Source: an uncultured virus (IMG/VR IMGVR_UViG_3300027793_000064) (Duplodnaviria > Heunggongvirae > Uroviricota > Caudoviricetes). Taken from it: DNA of 20,000 bases. Under the pieces are notes generated by a model, which was given only the letters and a program-made list of their open reading frames with translations, searched no databases and was not told where the DNA came from. Of the stretch, positions 15,829 to 20,000 are shown in pieces (positions within the stretch are counted from its first letter, which is position 1; each line of letters starts with the position of its first letter). The position numbers were made by a program, and so were the translations under genes. The DNA is taken from the IMG/VR virus record IMGVR_UViG_3300027793_000064; one strand, written 5' to 3'.

Positions 15829-15975
15829 TCAAATGAATTCGTAGATGTAATAATCAACGGTAATTTCAAGCTCAGCAGCTTTCTTTTCGAGATCAGCTTC
15901 AAAAGGATCGAAATCTTCCAGAAGTTCACTAAATGTCATTTTTTCCATGAGATGAAATACGGTTTCTTCTTTCAT
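15829..15975 (-). CDS. small hypothetical protein (AAELEITVDYY.YEF)
   Basis: Manual ORF; ATGA overlap with the upstream ORF. Confidence 0.6.
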   Translation of the reverse strand: MKEETVFHLMEKMTFSELLEDFDPFEADLEKKAAELEITVDYYIYEFI

Positions 15976-16127
15976 GATTCGGTTTCAGTGTTGTTTTTTA
16001 CGGAAATATTGTAAGGACTATTGAAAAAACGGCGGAAAGCAGTAATAATGATAATAGCCGTGGAAACCACGCCAATAAGACCAAGGAAGGTGGTAACATC
16101 TCCCGCAAAATTCAGTTGTTCAGGCAT
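15972..16127 (-). CDS. small single-pass membrane protein
   Basis: Manual ORF MPEQLNFAGDVTTFLGLIGVVSTAIIIITAFRRFFNSPYN. Confidence 0.65.
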   Translation of the reverse strand: MPEQLNFAGDVTTFLGLIGVVSTAIIIITAFRRFFNSPYNISVKNNTETES

Positions 16128-16350
16128 TTGTTTTTTATAAATTAACCACGAGTCAAATATACATGGTATACTGACTCGTGGGACAAAGAGTGGACAGTTT
16201 TTAAACCGAACTCAAAATTTGATTTCTTCTAGAGTTGGTTCGTTTTCTGTCGGATCACAGAGCTGAGAGGCAACTTTATCGAGCATGTTCAGAAGATTGT
16301 CACCACTGCCAGAATCACGCAGTAGTTTGATTGCTTCTTGTGTTGTCATT

Positions 16351-16692
16351 TCAGTTTACCAGAACGAGTTGATTGGACTTTAGCAGTTGATTGTACACAC
16401 TACCAACAGATGCAGTGGCAGTAGCATCACCAACTACATTTGCTGCACCAGATAGAACTACACGAACAGTTTCCAGTAGTTCATTGACTGCGATGGATTT
16501 TGCAGTATAAGCATATGGATCACTGCTATTAGATCCACGACGGAAGGTAACTTCTAGATATTCACCATTCCAATCAATTGCAGAAATGGCGTCAGAACCT
16601 TCTTTTGTAAGTGTGGCACTCCAAACATTGTCGGAGACAAATAGCTCACCTAGTTGGTTAGAAATGGTGGGTTGTGTTGAAGTAGCGGTCAT
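16351..16692 (-). CDS. KTSC-like domain protein
   Basis: SDAISAIDW...LEVTFR...YAY...SVGSVYN resembles the KTSC pattern. Confidence 0.6.
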   Translation of the reverse strand: MTATSTQPTISNQLGELFVSDNVWSATLTKEGSDAISAIDWNGEYLEVTFRRGSNSSDPYAYTAKSIAVNELLETVRVVLSGAANVVGDATATASVGSVYNQLLKSNQLVLVN

Positions 16693-16886
16693 GATCAAAA
16701 ATCCTCCAGTAGTTTCATTGTTTCGGGATCAAGTTCCTCTCGAATAGAGGAACCAAAGATTCCATCGTCAAGCAAATCGTCGATGAAATCAAGATCGTTG
16801 TCTTCCATAAGGAAGGTGTTCTTTTGTGTGAACTCGTTCATCATAGCATGAGAAGTGTGTGGTGTGTCAAGAGAATGGACAGTTTT

Positions 16887-17153
16887 TCAATCGTCACAGT
16901 CCGAGTTGTCTACTTGTTTCCAAATGAGATCCAAGTCCTCAAAAAACATTTCAAGTTCGGTCTCATCTTCTGGGATTTCCTCGTCGTCTCCCAGAGTAAA
17001 GTTTGCTTCGCCTAATCCAGGACCATATTCCTCTGGAAATTCATAAGTTGCAGGATAACGAATGAGAAAATCATCGAGCATTGCAACAACAATACCTGAC
17101 TTAGTTTCTGGATCGTAACTGTAATTTACGATCTCCATCACAAACTGGCTCAT
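16887..17153 (-). CDS. hypothetical acidic protein (P.EYGPGL motif)
   Basis: ORF; ATGA overlap with the upstream ORF. Confidence 0.75.
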   Translation of the reverse strand: MSQFVMEIVNYSYDPETKSGIVVAMLDDFLIRYPATYEFPEEYGPGLGEANFTLGDDEEIPEDETELEMFFEDLDLIWKQVDNSDCDD

Positions 17154-17350
17154 TTCAGAATTTTCCAATTAGGATCATTGTTTTTTTGAACTACAAAATA
17201 GTAGTTCTCATTTGCAGATTGTAAATAGAATTCACAATCAGACTCAAAATCAATTTTACAAGTGTGAATGTTGTTCATGAGCTCATCAAAACGATCTTTT
17301 GCATGAGATGAAATTGGCTCAACAAGAACTCTGGTTTTCTGTTTGGACAT
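17150..17350 (-). CDS. small hypothetical protein, similar to 12791..12979
   Basis: Shared V.P.SS.AK.R...NNDPNW pattern. Confidence 0.8.
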   Translation of the reverse strand: MSKQKTRVLVEPISSHAKDRFDELMNNIHTCKIDFESDCEFYLQSANENYYFVVQKNNDPNWKILK

Positions 17351-17564
17351 TTGTCAGACTAATATTATTTTGAATTGCGCATGAAATTTCAACCGCAAGA
17401 TCAGAATCAATTTGATTTCCTAGTTTTTTATAAACATAGGAAAGAGAAGACTTTGCCAGAAACTCAAAGAATTTATAATTAAATTCTTCATCATCCATGA
17501 CAAATTCGGGAAAAGATTCTGCCAGAAGTTGACCTAATTTTTCAATAGCATCTTGTGATAACAT
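17319..17564 (-). CDS. hypothetical protein
   Basis: ORF in operon. Confidence 0.65.
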   Translation of the reverse strand: MLSQDAIEKLGQLLAESFPEFVMDDEEFNYKFFEFLAKSSLSYVYKKLGNQIDSDLAVEISCAIQNNISLTNVQTENQSSC

Positions 17565-17570
17565 GGTAAT

Positions 17571-17705
17571 TCAGCGAGAGTAATCATCAAAATCTACAGA
17601 TTGTTCTTCCTCTTCATCTCGAAGTTGCTCAGCAAAGACACTGAGCAACTCATCTTCTTTGTCTGCGGCAAAATCTACTAGATCTGCAATGAAACTCTGT
17701 GGCAT
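17571..17705 (-). CDS. small acidic protein
   Basis: Start MPQSF preceded by AAGGAG Shine-Dalgarno; -10 box TACCAT at 17731-17736; dyad at 17765-17788. Confidence 0.65.
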   Translation of the reverse strand: MPQSFIADLVDFAADKEDELLSVFAEQLRDEEEEQSVDFDDYSR

Positions 17706-17801
17706 GATGGAAACTCCTTTGAACAGTCCTATGGTAGCAACTGAATGTACTGTTGTGAGTGTCAATGGACGGATTTTAAACCGTCCACTGGCAAAAAAAC
17801 T

Positions 17802-17987
17802 TTACATTTCAAGTGCTTCCTGTCTTGTCGAATATGGCCCAAAGGTATCGTATGATCCATCATTGTACTCTAGATCTACATAAAAGCCAACTTCATCATG
17901 AAAGTCCGAAACATCATTCTTTGAGATAAAATAGATCCTTTTTTCGGTAATCTGTACTTGACTCTGTGGATTTGCTAGTGAAATCAT
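17802..17987 (-). CDS. hypothetical protein
   Basis: ORF with C-terminal GPY.TR.EA motif. Confidence 0.65.
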   Translation of the reverse strand: MISLANPQSQVQITEKRIYFISKNDVSDFHDEVGFYVDLEYNDGSYDTFGPYSTRQEALEM

Positions 17988-18187
17988 GGTACGAAAGCTC
18001 CGTTGTGCTATTTAGTGGTTTTTTGTTTAAAAATCGGTTAAAAGTCAGCAAACGACAATTTTAACATCAGTCGCTCCTTGTTTTAATACATGCTCCTCCC
18101 ACATGCTCGCATCTTCTACCTTAAAAAATGTTGCTTGTTGTTGGGAATACCCTTTTTTCTTGGGTTGTTGGTAGGTCACTGTAAACC

Positions 18188-18370
18188 TCATTTGTCGGAC
18201 TCCTTTAAAAGACGAAGATGTTTGAAATTGTCACAATGAATCACAATGCAGACATCTCTGTTTCTTTCTTTAAATTGACTGATACAGAGTGTTGCATACT
18301 GCTCATCAACAAATCGAATGGTGCCGATGTGATCTTTGTAGATGACTTCGAGACCAACTGTGGGAATCAT
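18188..18370 (-). CDS. small cyanophage-type hypothetical protein
   Basis: ORF, G..V.Y....G.I.FV...Y.T.CI pattern. Confidence 0.7.
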   Translation of the reverse strand: MIPTVGLEVIYKDHIGTIRFVDEQYATLCISQFKERNRDVCIVIHCDNFKHLRLLKESDK

Positions 18371-18566
18371 AGATTTTCTTGATGTTCTTTCATTTTTTCA
18401 ATCAAATCCTGCATTTTTTCGGCAGCAACATTCTCATATCCAAAATCAAATTGAATGTCATCTAGAATTACCTCAAGATCGTTGATCAGATCGAAAATAA
18501 ATTGTTCTTGGTCGCTCATTAGTCCTCAATAGGTGGTCTGAATTTTACTGCAGAAGCTGAGAATTG

Positions 18567-19904
18567 TCAAGTGACCTCAGCTTCCTCTGATTCTTGTGTT
18601 TCTAAATCTACTTCTCCAGCATCCAGTTGTTTCGTTTCCCATTCAAAGAATCGGAAGCTCTTGTGTTTGTATACATCAATGTCAAAAACTTCCCGACGAA
18701 TACAAATACCTTCAGCAGGAACTTGACTGACGCACATATCACAATCAAGTTCTAGATAATGTTCTGAAAGTTTTTGGACAAAATTAGATGTCCAATCATC
18801 ATCAACAATAATATCAAAGAGATCTTTTGCTCTACCATAGTAAATTTCTGGGACACATTTCATTCCAAATTTATAGCAATATTCTTTGACTTGTTGTGTA
18901 GAAAACTCAAACACCTTACCATCCGCATTAGTGAAAGTAATACGATAAATGTAAGTATCAAATTTTCCAGGTTCACACCCATAATCATATCCATTCTGGA
19001 TATATGCACCTGTTTTAAGATAGCCTACAGCTTCACCATAAAGAGTAATACCAGCTGTTAGATTTTCTTCAAGTGATTTTGCAATATCACCCCAAACATC
19101 ATAAGAGTAAAAATGATTTTGAGTTTTTTCGAGATCACTATTCTTAATAACCTTACGACTAGAATAAACCAAATCGTAATGAGTATCTACGATGTTTACT
19201 CCTAATTTTTTGAGAACTTTCTCATGCCATTGTAAAGGCTTCTTACAAAGAACTTTACTCACAACAAATGAAGTTCCATGTAGTTTTTTCGTGATCGAGA
19301 TCAGATCATTAGGATGAATGTTTTCTGCACACTTTTTCAAAGGAGAAGTGTCAATATGAAATCTGAACTGATTATCAATCAGTTTTGTTTCTTTTGCTAC
19401 TTTCTTTTGGTTTTTCTTTTCAGAGTTACGAAGTTTGAGTGCTTCTCGATTAACATACTTTTCACATAGTTGAATGTCAAAAATACAATCAAATTCTTGG
19501 TTTACATGCTCAGATGTAATCTTAAAATTCTTACCTGTAGCAATAAAAATCCAATCCGACACTGATTGGACAGGAACAATATAACCTTCGGACCGTTCTC
19601 CACGCAAACGAATTGCACGAACACGACCTTTTTTGTTGAAGAATCCCTTTACTTCTTTGTTTTGGTTAAGTTCTTTATCTTCAAAACAATTACCCCAAGA
19701 AAGAAACTCTTTGTTGATTGCAGATTCTAAGGGAAAATAAACATAAAGTGATCCATTTTGTGCATCAAGACCAGTAATTACATTGTTACCATCAATAGCC
19801 ACACATTGCAGACGATCTGCATTCTCGTGTTTACGAAGATTAGTCAATTCAACTACCTTGGCAAGATAGTTGTGATTTGCCTTTTCAGAAATTTTAAGAG
19901 TCAT
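18567..19904 (-). CDS. RNA ligase, DRB0094/Rnl2-like, with N-terminal OB-fold-like domain
   Basis: H.NADRL N-terminus, IRLRGERSEG, motif I KKLHGTS, LYGE, motif IV EGICI, motif V K.KS..F. Confidence 0.85.
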   Translation of the reverse strand: MTLKISEKANHNYLAKVVELTNLRKHENADRLQCVAIDGNNVITGLDAQNGSLYVYFPLESAINKEFLSWGNCFEDKELNQNKEVKGFFNKKGRVRAIRLRGERSEGYIVPVQSVSDWIFIATGKNFKITSEHVNQEFDCIFDIQLCEKYVNREALKLRNSEKKNQKKVAKETKLIDNQFRFHIDTSPLKKCAENIHPNDLISITKKLHGTSFVVSKVLCKKPLQWHEKVLKKLGVNIVDTHYDLVYSSRKVIKNSDLEKTQNHFYSYDVWGDIAKSLEENLTAGITLYGEAVGYLKTGAYIQNGYDYGCEPGKFDTYIYRITFTNADGKVFEFSTQQVKEYCYKFGMKCVPEIYYGRAKDLFDIIVDDDWTSNFVQKLSEHYLELDCDMCVSQVPAEGICIRREVFDIDVYKHKSFRFFEWETKQLDAGEVDLETQESEEAEVT

Positions 19905-20000
19905 GATCAGTTAGAAGAAACACGAGTGCTACCAAAAAGCATCCCAATTAGAACTACAACTACTACACTTTTCCAAAATCCCAATATGATGCCAAACCAA

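Overview
The window looks like the accessory (early) region of a T4-like, probably freshwater, cyanomyovirus. Nearly all genes are short and on the minus strand. Recognisable products: a cyanobacterial AbrB-like protein (partial), a GNAT acetyltransferase, a stand-alone TOPRIM primase-like protein, a UvrD/Rep SF1 helicase, a GIY-YIG/NUMOD3 homing endonuclease, a Zn-dependent deaminase, an ADP-ribosyltransferase-like protein, a GP88-like protein, a KTSC-like protein and a DRB0094-like RNA ligase. The main unexplained structures are: (i) five dispersed copies (438-3302) of a ~47-nt two-hairpin element with compensatory changes, each behind its own + strand -10 box and divergent from an early gene; (ii) about 15 copies of a 24-bp dyad (TGTGCCA/RTGGACA-N10-TGGCACA/TGTCCAY) 28-31 bp upstream of -10 boxes, serving both directions in three of the five modules; (iii) a non-coding, origin-like block (3310-3930) with a perfect sigma70 promoter pointing into 18/46-bp tandem repeats; (iv) a cluster of proteins with T4 internal-protein-like capsid-targeting N-termini (MKTFxQFLxE) under late promoters. 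All calls were made by eye from motifs; no searches were run.
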